From Candidatus Falkowbacteria bacterium (GTDB lineage Bacteria > Patescibacteriota > Patescibacteriia > XYB2-FULL-38-15): 64,000 nt of DNA. Location: assembly GCA_037440105.1 (NCBI GenBank), contig JBBIUS010000002.1:2685-66684 (forward strand). Direction: 5' to 3'. The position numbers were made by a program, and so were the translations under genes. Position 1 is the first letter of the stretch; each line of letters begins with the position of its first letter. Positions 17,236 to 24,945 of this stretch are shown here, in pieces. The notes beneath the pieces are model-generated. The model was not told where the DNA came from and ran no database searches. It saw nothing but the letters and a program-made list of their open reading frames with translations.

Positions 17236-18051
17236 ATGGAACAAATTATTTTACCTTCAAAGATCGAAGTTCAAAAGACTGAAATTCCTAATAAGGAAGT
17301 CATTACTATTGAACCATGTTATTATGGCTATGGCACAACCTTGGGTAATGCTCTAAGGCGCGTTCTTCTTTCTTCGCTTCCTGGGGCAGCCGTCACAGCA
17401 GTAAAAATAAAAGGAGTTTCACATGAATTTTCCGTTGTTCCTCATGTTAGAGAGGATGTGATAGAAATTATTTTGAATTTAAAAAAATTAAGATTAAGGG
17501 TTTTTACTGATGAAGAAGTAAGACTTTTTTTGAAAGCAAAAGGCGAACGGGAGGTTAAGGCGGATGACATCGAAAAAAACGCAGATGTCCAAATAGTTAA
17601 TCCCGAATTACACATTGCTGACCTCACAAGTAAAGAAGCTGATTTAGAGATGGAAATATTTGTTAGCCGGGGGAGGGGATACGTGCCGACAGAAGCCAAA
17701 GAAGAAAAAAAATTGGAAATGGGAGTTATTGGAGTCGACTCAATTTTTACGCCGGTTAGAAATGTTGGTATAAAAGTAGAGCCGGTTCGCGTTGGGCGCA
17801 TTACTAATTATGATAAATTAATTTTAGATATTGAAACCGATGGCACTATCACTCCTTCTGAGGCATTAGTTCAATCTGTGCAAATTTTGATTGATCATTT
17901 TAGTTTGATAAAAGACCATTTATTAGGAAAGCCAGAAAAAAGAGAAGAAGAAGTACGAGAAATCGAGAAAGCAAAAGAAGAAATTTCAAAAGAAGAAGTC
18001 CCAGGAGAAAAACCAAAAAAGAAAAGGGGAAGACCGCCGAAGAAGAAATAA
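17236..18051 (+). CDS. rpoA: DNA-directed RNA polymerase alpha subunit, NTD only, with K/E-rich tail ending in an AT-hook
   Basis: 271 aa. The alpha-NTD is recognisable to ~residue 228 (TNYDKLILDIETDGTITPSEALVQSVQILIDHF). The remaining 43 aa are EKREEEVREIEKAKEE...KPKKKRGRPPKKK. No alpha-CTD is present. Confidence 0.9.
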   Translation: MEQIILPSKIEVQKTEIPNKEVITIEPCYYGYGTTLGNALRRVLLSSLPGAAVTAVKIKGVSHEFSVVPHVREDVIEIILNLKKLRLRVFTDEEVRLFLKAKGEREVKADDIEKNADVQIVNPELHIADLTSKEADLEMEIFVSRGRGYVPTEAKEEKKLEMGVIGVDSIFTPVRNVGIKVEPVRVGRITNYDKLILDIETDGTITPSEALVQSVQILIDHFSLIKDHLLGKPEKREEEVREIEKAKEEISKEEVPGEKPKKKRGRPPKKK

Positions 18052-18092
18052 GAAGCATGAATTAGAATTAAGAAAAACTATTAATTATAATT

Positions 18093-18443
18093 ATGCGGCA
18101 TAGAAAGAAAGGTAAAATTTTAGACAGAAAAGTTGGCCCGAGAAAAGCGCTAATTAAAAATTTAGCGACTAGTTTGATTATTTATGAAAAGATTAAAACT
18201 ACAGAGGCTAAGGCAAAAGTATTGCGCTCATTTGTTGAAAGATTAATTACAAAAGGGAAAGTAAATAATCTCCAAAGTCGAAGAGAAATTTTAAGGCGCC
18301 TTTTTTCAGAAAATGCGGTTCGAAAAATTTTAGATGAGTTAGGGCCGAGGTATAAAGATAGAGCCGGAGGGTATACAAGAATTATTAAAATTGGAAAGAG
18401 AAAGGGCGATGGAGGAGAGATAGCCCAGGTTGAGTTAGTATAA
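18093..18443 (+). CDS. rplQ: 50S ribosomal protein L17
   Basis: 116 aa. MRHRKKGKILDRKVGPRKALIKNLATSLI... is typical L17. Confidence 0.95.
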   Translation: MRHRKKGKILDRKVGPRKALIKNLATSLIIYEKIKTTEAKAKVLRSFVERLITKGKVNNLQSRREILRRLFSENAVRKILDELGPRYKDRAGGYTRIIKIGKRKGDGGEIAQVELV

Positions 18444-18499
18444 AGCACTATAAAATTACGGAAAACAAGAGGAAAGGTGTATAAATTAAAAAGAAAAAT

Positions 18500-18883
18500 A
18501 TGGCTTTAAAAATTGAAAGGAAAACACATACAGTTGACGCTCGAGGTAAAATTTTAGGCCGGTTAGCTTCAGAAATCGCCATACTTCTTCGTGGCAAACA
18601 TAAACCGAGTTTTCGGCCAAATCTCGATATGGGAGATTTTGTGGATGTAATAAATGTCTCGGGATTAAAATTCACTGGAAATAAATTATCTCAAAAAGAA
18701 TATTTTCATTATACCGGTTATCCTGGCGGAGAAAAATATGAAAAATTAGAAAGCCTTTTTAAGAAGAATCCGGCGATAGTTTTGTTTCGTACAGTTAAAA
18801 ACATGTTACCTAGAAATAAATTAAGAGCCAAAATGATAAAAAGATTAACAGTCAACGGGGAAAAACTTTCTTGGCGTCTGTAG
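18500..18883 (+). CDS. rplM: 50S ribosomal protein L13
   Basis: 127 aa. DARGKILGRLASEIAILLRGKHKPSFRPNLDMGDFV. Confidence 0.95.
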   Translation: MALKIERKTHTVDARGKILGRLASEIAILLRGKHKPSFRPNLDMGDFVDVINVSGLKFTGNKLSQKEYFHYTGYPGGEKYEKLESLFKKNPAIVLFRTVKNMLPRNKLRAKMIKRLTVNGEKLSWRL

Positions 18884-18963
18884 CATGTAAAAATGCGTTT
18901 CTAGATTATTGTTAAATTCCTCGCGTGTTTCGACAATGCGAACGCGCCTATACAAATTAATTT

Positions 18964-19524
18964 ATGGTAAAAAAGGGAACTAAAAAAACAAAAGTAAAAG
19001 CAAAAACAGCTGCAAAAAAAGCTGAGGTTATCGTTTTTAAAGAAAAACCAAAACCTAAAATTGGAGAAGAAAAAGTTAAGAAAGTAAAATCAATCAGCGG
19101 GGAGGAATTGGTAGAAAAAGTAGCGGCAAAAAAAAGAACATATCTTTTTGCGGTTGGGAGAAGAAAAAGCGGGATCGCTCAAGTGAAAATTTATAAAAAT
19201 GGCAAGGGTGTAATCACTGTGAACGGAAAAGATTATAGACAGTATTTCCCGTTTTTTGAATTTCAAGAAATAATTAATGCTCCTTTAAGATCAGTTGGCC
19301 AAAGCGATAAACTTGATGTTGAAGTAAAGATAAACGGCGGCGGGAAGCGAGGTCAAGCAGAAGCTATAAGATTGGGAATTAGTCGAGCTTTGATTAAATT
19401 AAACCAAAATTTTAAAAAGAATCTGCGTCGGGCTGGGTTTTTAACTAGAGATGCAAGAGTTAAAGAAAGAAAGAAATATGGTCTAAAACGCGCCAGGCGC
19501 GCCCCGCAGTGGCAAAAGCGTTAA
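18964..19524 (+). CDS. rpsI: 30S ribosomal protein S9 with Lys-rich N-terminal extension
   Basis: 186 aa. S9 core (AVGRRKSGIAQVKIYKNGKG...GGGKRGQAEAIRLGISRAL) and a C-terminal ...QWQKR. The first ~55 aa are a K-rich extension. Confidence 0.95.
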   Translation: MVKKGTKKTKVKAKTAAKKAEVIVFKEKPKPKIGEEKVKKVKSISGEELVEKVAAKKRTYLFAVGRRKSGIAQVKIYKNGKGVITVNGKDYRQYFPFFEFQEIINAPLRSVGQSDKLDVEVKINGGGKRGQAEAIRLGISRALIKLNQNFKKNLRRAGFLTRDARVKERKKYGLKRARRAPQWQKR

Positions 19525-19649
19525 GCTTTTGCCGCGAGGACAGGGAATGGTCGGAAACCATAAGGTTTCCGATTTGCGGAAACATTAAAACCGCAGGGTT
19601 TTAAGGAGTCCCAACCGAAGCGTTGGGACGACCCGTAAGTGGCAAAAGC
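19523..19649 (+). ncRNA. Candidate structured RNA / inserted element: three hairpins closed by a 9-bp stem
   Basis: Closing stem GCTTTTGCC (19523-19531) / GGCAAAAGC (19641-19649). Hairpins are TCGGAAACC-ataa-GGTTTCCGA (19551-19572), TGCGG...CCGCA (19575-19595) and GTCCCAAC-cgaagc-GTTGGGAC (19608-19629). It is GC-rich relative to its surroundings. The class is unknown. Confidence 0.35.
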
Positions 19650-19667
19650 GATAAGCCTTAGTTTATT

Positions 19668-19756
19668 AAATCAACCACGGATTTTATTGCACGGATAACA
19701 TGGGTATTTGATTTATTTGTGTAAATCCTAGTGTAGCAAAAATCCGTGGTTGATTT
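19668..19756. repeat. Intergenic hairpin with 18-bp perfect stem
   Basis: AAATCAACCACGGATTTT (19668-19685) is the exact reverse complement of AAAATCCGTGGTTGATTT (19739-19756). Confidence 0.8.
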
Positions 19757-19788
19757 GTATTCAAAATTAAGTTAAAATTAGGTAATGT

Positions 19789-21270
19789 ATGGAAACTTTG
19801 GCGCCACAAAAAATTGTTAGGAACACAATTTATTTAACTTTAGCCACAGTCGGACAAAAAGTTCTGGCTTTTTTATATTTTATTTTAATTGCAAGATTAG
19901 CTGGCGTTTCTGATACGGGCAGATATTTCTTTGTGGTTTCTTTCACAACTATTTTTTCTATCTTTATTGATCTTGGCTTGTCTTCAGTTTTGATTCGCGA
20001 ATCAGCAAAAAGCAGGGAAGTGGCCGGGAAATATTTAGCCAATATTTTAGGAGCGAAAACAGTTCTCGGATTTTTAACCTATTTGGCTGTAATTGTAACA
20101 ATCAATGTTCTTGGCTATCCACCGGCTGTAAAAATCATGGTTTACCTCTCTGGCCTTGTTATGATTTTTGATTCTTTCCACATGACTTTTTATGCTATTT
20201 TCAGGGGTTTCCAGAATTTAAAATACGAATCATTCGGAGTGGTTTTTGGACAATTAATGACTATTATTTTTGGCAGTTTTAGTTTATTCTTTGGAGCGCC
20301 TTTGTATTTTTTAATTTTAGCCCTTCTTTGCGGCAGCGTTTTTAATTTTCTTTTTTCATTTATTTTGATTTTTAAAAAAACCAATATTCGGCTGCACTTG
20401 TCTTTTGATAAAACTGTACTTTTTGCTTTATTTAAAATCGCTTATCCTTTCGCCTTGGCTGGAATTTTTGTCAAGGTTTATTCTTATCTTGATGCAGTTT
20501 TGCTTTCTAAAATGGTTGGAGATGCGGCAGTTGGTTTTTGGAGCGTGGCTTACAAAATAACCTATGCTTTTCAATTTATTCCTATGGCTTTTTCGGCAGC
20601 CATGTTTCCGGCCATGAGCGCTTATTTTGTTTCTGATAAAATTCTTCTGCGTAAAACTTTTGAGCGGGCGATTTTTTATTTGGCAATTTTAGCGGTTCCT
20701 ATTGCTTTTGGCATTTTTTCTCTAGCCGAACCAATTATTTTAAAACTCTATGGTTCATCTTATGCTGCTTCAGTTGCGCCGCTACAAGTTGCTATTTTTG
20801 CCTTGATTTTCATTTTTCTGAATTTTCCAGTCGGCTCGCTTTTGAACGCCTGCGACCGTCAAATGATAAATACTGCCGTTATGGGCGTGGCTATGGTAAT
20901 AAATGTTTTATTAAATGTTATCCTAATTCCATTTTATAGTTTTATAGGTGCGGCGGTGGCAGCTTTAGTTTCGCACGTCTTACTTTTTGTTTTGGGTTTA
21001 ATTTTTGCCAATCAAGTGGTGACTTTTAGTAAAAAATTTCTTTTTGGTTCGTTGGGTAAAATTATTTTATCGGCTGGGCTAATGAGTGCAGTAATAATTT
21101 ATTTGAGGCCGTACATCTCTTGGATTATTTTAATTCCGCTTGGCGCTTTGGTTTATTTTAGCGTTTTGTTTTTAATTCGCGGAGTTGAAAAAAGGGATGT
21201 AATAAATATTTTGAAAGTTTTGAAGAAAGAAGAAGCAGTCCAGATGATCGATGGCAAAGAAAGAGTGTAA
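19789..21270 (+). CDS. MOP-superfamily flippase (Wzx/MurJ-type polysaccharide or lipid-II flippase)
   Basis: 493 aa with ~14 predicted TM segments. N-terminus NTIYLTLATVGQKVLAFLYFILIARLAG is typical of polysaccharide-biosynthesis flippases. Confidence 0.75.
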   Translation: METLAPQKIVRNTIYLTLATVGQKVLAFLYFILIARLAGVSDTGRYFFVVSFTTIFSIFIDLGLSSVLIRESAKSREVAGKYLANILGAKTVLGFLTYLAVIVTINVLGYPPAVKIMVYLSGLVMIFDSFHMTFYAIFRGFQNLKYESFGVVFGQLMTIIFGSFSLFFGAPLYFLILALLCGSVFNFLFSFILIFKKTNIRLHLSFDKTVLFALFKIAYPFALAGIFVKVYSYLDAVLLSKMVGDAAVGFWSVAYKITYAFQFIPMAFSAAMFPAMSAYFVSDKILLRKTFERAIFYLAILAVPIAFGIFSLAEPIILKLYGSSYAASVAPLQVAIFALIFIFLNFPVGSLLNACDRQMINTAVMGVAMVINVLLNVILIPFYSFIGAAVAALVSHVLLFVLGLIFANQVVTFSKKFLFGSLGKIILSAGLMSAVIIYLRPYISWIILIPLGALVYFSVLFLIRGVEKRDVINILKVLKKEEAVQMIDGKERV

Positions 21271-21274
21271 AGTT

Positions 21275-22402
21275 ATGAAAAAAGTTTTAATTGCAACAAT
21301 TGAATTTTTACCGCAGAAAGGCGGAATTGCAAATTATTTAGCAGGGTGGGCTGGAGCGCTGCCAGCTGACAAGGTAGCGGTTTTGACTTTAAAACATAGC
21401 AATGCGTCAGATTTTGATAGTCATAGTGCATACAAAATTTATCGCAAAAATTTGATTATTAGATTGCCGTTGTTTTGGCCGAAGTGGCTTCCGTTGGTTT
21501 GGCGTCTTTGGCGCGTGGCTCGTCGCGAAAAAGTCGATGCTATTTTAGTTGGTCAGGTTTTGCCGGTGGGCACAGTCGCGTTTTTGGTGAAAAAAATTTC
21601 AGGCATTCCGTATTTTGTTTCCTGTCACGGCATGGATATTTTGATGCCGCAAAAATCATCGCGCAAGAAAAAATTATTGAATAAAATTTTGGAACAGGCT
21701 GGCGGAATAATTGCTAACAGTCAGTTTACAAAAAATGAACTGATAAAATTAGGCGTGCCAGAAAATAAAATTACTGTTGTTTATCCGAGTCTCGGTACTA
21801 ATTGTGAATCAACCATTCCAATCGATGAAATAAAAAGAAAATATCATTTGGGGGATAAGAAAATTTTGCTTACTGTTGGTAGATTAGTGAAACGTAAGGG
21901 GCATGATAAAGTGATTGAAGCATTGTCAAAAATTTTGGAGCATGTGCCAGAAGTGGTTTATGTTATTGTTGGTGATGGCCCTGAACGAGAAAAGCTACAA
22001 GCCACAAGCTACAAGTTACAAGTTCAGGATAATATTTTATTTACTGGAGAAATATCTGAAGAGGAAAAAATGGCATTTTACCAACTGTGTGATATTTTCG
22101 TCATGGTTCCGCGGCAGATTGGGCCAGATGTCGAAGGTTTTGGTACAGTTTTTCTTGAAGCAAACCAATACGGCAAACCGACTGTCGCTGGAAGAAGCGG
22201 GGGAGTGGCTGAAGCAGTGATTGACGGTGTGACTGGAATAGTTGTCAATCCGATTGACACACAGCAGATCGCTCGGGCAGTGATTAAATTATTAACTGAT
22301 CAAGACTTGGCTAAAAAATTAGGTGAGCAAGGCAGAAAACGCGTAAGAGAAGAATTTCAGTGGCAGACTCAAGTAGAGAAATTAAAAAGATTACTAAAAT
22401 AA
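21275..22402 (+). CDS. Glycosyltransferase family 4
   Basis: ATG at 21275 is in frame with the track start at 21251 and lies after the upstream stop. C-terminal GT-B motif GFGTVFLEANQYGKPTVAGRSGGVAEAV. Heptamer run GYYACAA x4 at 21994-22021. Confidence 0.85.
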   Translation: MKKVLIATIEFLPQKGGIANYLAGWAGALPADKVAVLTLKHSNASDFDSHSAYKIYRKNLIIRLPLFWPKWLPLVWRLWRVARREKVDAILVGQVLPVGTVAFLVKKISGIPYFVSCHGMDILMPQKSSRKKKLLNKILEQAGGIIANSQFTKNELIKLGVPENKITVVYPSLGTNCESTIPIDEIKRKYHLGDKKILLTVGRLVKRKGHDKVIEALSKILEHVPEVVYVIVGDGPEREKLQATSYKLQVQDNILFTGEISEEEKMAFYQLCDIFVMVPRQIGPDVEGFGTVFLEANQYGKPTVAGRSGGVAEAVIDGVTGIVVNPIDTQQIARAVIKLLTDQDLAKKLGEQGRKRVREEFQWQTQVEKLKRLLK

Positions 22403-22430
22403 AAATCACGCATAAAACGCGTGATTTTTT
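22401..22430 (+). terminator. Rho-independent terminator
   Basis: AAAATCACGC...GCGTGATTTTTT. A second hairpin, CCCCGCACAC...GTGTGGGG plus a T-run, follows at 22435-22477. Confidence 0.65.
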
Positions 22431-22482
22431 AATGCCCCGCACACCTTAACCGTAGAGCAAGTGTGGGGTAATTTTTTGATGT

Positions 22483-22956
22483 TTAACGAAGCGTTGCTAC
22501 CCAATCCCCAATATAATGAGTTATTACAATAACTACAACGGCTATAGTTAAATGCTCAGCAATCACTTTATATGGTTTTATATTTTGTTCTTTGGCCATA
22601 AAATAACTAAGCAGAATCAATAAGAATAGCCCCCACATAACGCAAACAACAATCGCAGCAAAAAGTTCTAGAAATAGGACAGGGACAATAAATGTCAAAG
22701 CAAAAATAAATTTGGATAAAAAAGTAGCAATTGTTGATTCCCAAATTTCTTTTGTTGAGTGTTTAGCTTCAAATTCTTCAGAAATGTGAATTCCTAAAGC
22801 ATCTGACATGGCATCGGCTATGGCTATAACAAAAATGCCGCTGGCGACAATAATAGAGGAATGAGTCCCAGAATGCAAACCAACGATTAGACCCAAAGTT
22901 GTGATTATTCCGGATGTTAAACCAAAACCAAACCCTTTTCTTATTGAAAGTTTCAT
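22483..22956 (-). CDS. VIT1/CCC1-like membrane protein (putative Fe/Mn transporter family)
   Basis: 157 aa. GFGLTSGIITTLGLIVGL...AIADAMSDALGIHISEE followed by three C-terminal TM segments. The family call is from memory of the VIT pattern. Confidence 0.5.
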   Translation of the reverse strand: MKLSIRKGFGFGLTSGIITTLGLIVGLHSGTHSSIIVASGIFVIAIADAMSDALGIHISEEFEAKHSTKEIWESTIATFLSKFIFALTFIVPVLFLELFAAIVVCVMWGLFLLILLSYFMAKEQNIKPYKVIAEHLTIAVVVIVITHYIGDWVATLR

Positions 22957-23105
22957 AGATTACTGTATTTAATTTTTGTTAAATCATTAGTAAGAATAAT
23001 CAGTTTCATTATTCCAATTTTATCAATATAGTTTATTCGCGGAATAGGGGATTAAATAAAATATTTTTTTATTTAATACATGAGCAAAGGATATACTCGC
23101 TTGTT

Positions 23106-23963
23106 TTATAGAGTTTTTATATGAATGCCAAACAATTCCCAGTTTCCTTGTTCGAAAATATAACTTAATTCAAAGGAAAGATTTATTTCTGTCGTTGTTG
23201 AAACGTCAAGGGCCTTGCCACGCAAAACCAAAAGGCCGTCTTCATCAAAAAACGGCGCTTCGGTCAATTCAATTGAGGCTGATGGCATTCTTTCTAAATT
23301 GACTTCATTAGTAATAAAAGATTCAAAAGCCGAATAAATTTCCTCTGAATTAGTCTGTTTTTGCCAGGCTGATGATATAGATTCGTAAAAAGTTGTAAAA
23401 TCTTTTTCTTTTACTGCTTCGGCGAAAATAATTAATGTTTCTCTTGCTATTTTTTTGGCCTCGGTTTCAACAGGAAGATATTGTTCAATTTCTTCCTCTT
23501 TTGCTTCTTCCTCTTTTAGTTCTTCAGTTTCTTCTTCTCTCGGTTCTTGGAAAGTCTCTTTTAAGCCGGCTTTAGGAATAGTAATTGAAAATATTTTCCA
23601 CGTGCCATTTTCTTTTATTAATTCGATTTTTAAAGGAATTGTTCTACCGTCTTTTAGGATAACAGTGCCTTCGAGCAAGCCGCGCCCGCCCTCAATACTG
23701 CGCGATGACCAAGAAGCGCTTGAAAAGTTAGAAAGATCGGTTTCTCCCAAAAATTCATTAAATGCGTCTTGATCCATCGCTGTCTGAAATCCTTTAGCAG
23801 TTGCTTTATAGGCTTCCAAAGTTTTACCTTGAGCAATTAATGAGAAAAAGGAATCAGCTGTTCGGGGGAGATTGCTTGTTAAATAAAAAGCCAAACCAAT
23901 GATAAGAGCAATAACAGCAATAATGACCCCAAGAATAATTAGAATTTTTTTTGCAGTGGACAT
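23106..23963 (-). CDS. Membrane-anchored hypothetical protein with two similar alpha+beta repeats separated by an acidic linker
   Basis: 285 aa. N-terminal TM (ILIILGVIIAVIALIIGLAFYL). Two modules each end in ...GTWKIFSITI / ...GNWELFGIHI, joined by an E-rich linker. Confidence 0.7.
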   Translation of the reverse strand: MSTAKKILIILGVIIAVIALIIGLAFYLTSNLPRTADSFFSLIAQGKTLEAYKATAKGFQTAMDQDAFNEFLGETDLSNFSSASWSSRSIEGGRGLLEGTVILKDGRTIPLKIELIKENGTWKIFSITIPKAGLKETFQEPREEETEELKEEEAKEEEIEQYLPVETEAKKIARETLIIFAEAVKEKDFTTFYESISSAWQKQTNSEEIYSAFESFITNEVNLERMPSASIELTEAPFFDEDGLLVLRGKALDVSTTTEINLSFELSYIFEQGNWELFGIHIKTL

Positions 23964-24012
23964 AAAGATTAATTAGTTTAGTTAATATTAATATATTATT
24001 ATATTATTATAA

Positions 24013-24307
24013 CGGCGCGCGGCTATCCGTAGTTTTGCGAAGGCAACCGCAGTTGCCGAAGCAAAATTACGGATAGCCGCTGTTCTGCGATGTCCGCGAG
24101 CGCTCCGAGCAAAGCGAGGACGCGCGAGCGGTGAGCAGAACAGCGGGAACCGCGGCGCATTAGGCAAAATCCAGTGAGCGAAGCGAGCGGATTTTGCCTA
24201 ACGTTTCTGCATAGCCGAAGTTGGCTGGCTGTATAATATCGCACGAAGTGCGGCACAGCCAGCCAATTTGGGCGAGTTCTTTGAAAAAGAGCGAGCCGGA
24301 TATGCAG
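24013..24307. other. GC-rich island of four to five consecutive strong hairpins (candidate structured RNA or recombination/mobile-element sequence)
   Basis: Stems are 24019-24038/24061-24080 (20 bp, with an inner 6-bp stem), 24079-24088/24135-24144 (10 bp), 24160-24172/24189-24201 (13 bp) and 24221-24232/24255-24266 (12 bp, inner CGCAC-gaa-GTGCG). An outer pair is 24207-24213/24301-24307. The motif GAGCGAGC recurs in the loops. Confidence 0.5.
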
Positions 24308-24308
24308 T

Positions 24309-24377
24309 GTTATGTGCTGTTCCATTTTTATTTGCGTCAGCAAATGTGAGCAACGCGAACAGAGAAATGCTTTTATT
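24309..24377. repeat. Left arm of a ~35-bp inverted repeat flanking ORF 24373-24786
   Basis: GTTATGTGC (24309-17), TCCATTTTT (24321-29) and AGAGAAATGCTTTTATT (24361-77) are reverse complements of 24831-39, 24819-27 and 24802-18. A 31-nt insert at 24330-60 contains the hairpin TTTGC-gtca-GCAAA. Confidence 0.8.
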
Positions 24378-24786
24378 TTGCTAATTGCTCTGCTCTGTCA
24401 ATGAATTTTTGTAAAGCCTTTTTATCTTGTTTCTGTATAATCCTTTTGATGTTAGCTTTAAACTCATCAATAAGTTGATCTAAGGCGGCGACCGCTTCAG
24501 GGTCACTGCGTTGTTTGATTATTTCATAAACTTCAGGAAGATTTTCGTATTCCTTTTGTGCGCGTTCCAGATAATGAGGAATTCGGCGAATCATGTCATC
24601 AAAATCTGGGTGACTACCTAAAGAGTAACTTGAGAGGAAAATCTGTTGGTAATTGAGAACTGCCGCATGATCAAGTTTATAACCTTTATTAAAATTTGCC
24701 TCCATCCACTTGTACTGTGATTCATGGCCGGTAATATTCTTAAAACTAAGACTTTCGTAGTCGCCGCCGCCTTTTTTTATACTCAT
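24373..24786 (-). CDS. Hypothetical protein (137 aa), helical, no recognisable family
   Basis: Intact ORF enclosed by the inverted repeat. Divergent from the recombinase gene. No motif recognised. Confidence 0.65.
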   Translation of the reverse strand: MSIKKGGGDYESLSFKNITGHESQYKWMEANFNKGYKLDHAAVLNYQQIFLSSYSLGSHPDFDDMIRRIPHYLERAQKEYENLPEVYEIIKQRSDPEAVAALDQLIDEFKANIKRIIQKQDKKALQKFIDRAEQLAK

Positions 24787-24801
24787 AATTTTGATGTTAA
24801 G

Positions 24802-24839
24802 AATAAAAGCATTTCTCTAAAAATGGATTGGCACATAAC
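24802..24839. repeat. Right arm of the inverted repeat flanking ORF 24373-24786
   Basis: AATAAAAGCATTTCTCT AAAAATGGA ttg GCACATAAC. See the left arm at 24309-24377. Confidence 0.8.
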
Positions 24840-24945
24840 TCGTTTCTAGGCGTGTTGATTACTTGTTAATAACTTTGAATTGATTGTTATGCGAACTCTT
24901 ATTATAATTAAATTAGCCTAATTTTAATATAACATATCAATAAAT

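Noticed and set aside
24160-24201. Integron attC-like site: hairpin with ATTAGGC ... GCCTAAC ends next to an IntI-like recombinase
   Set aside because: In attC sites RYYYAAC is at the 5' end and GTTRRRY at the 3' end, and here the order is inverted on either strand. The recombinase also lacks the IntI-specific insertion. Integron identity is therefore not supported, although a cassette-like layout is reported separately.
24233-24252. dif-like XerC/D site (GTGCGATATTATACAG on the minus strand)
   Set aside because: Only the first 5 nt and a loose A/T core resemble the dif consensus. The half-site spacing and second arm are absent.
24023-24343. 106-aa minus-strand ORF in the track
   Set aside because: It lies entirely within the GC-rich hairpin island. 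It is Arg/Leu-rich with no SD and no recognisable fold signal. The open frame is best explained by GC-rich palindromic DNA lacking stop codons.
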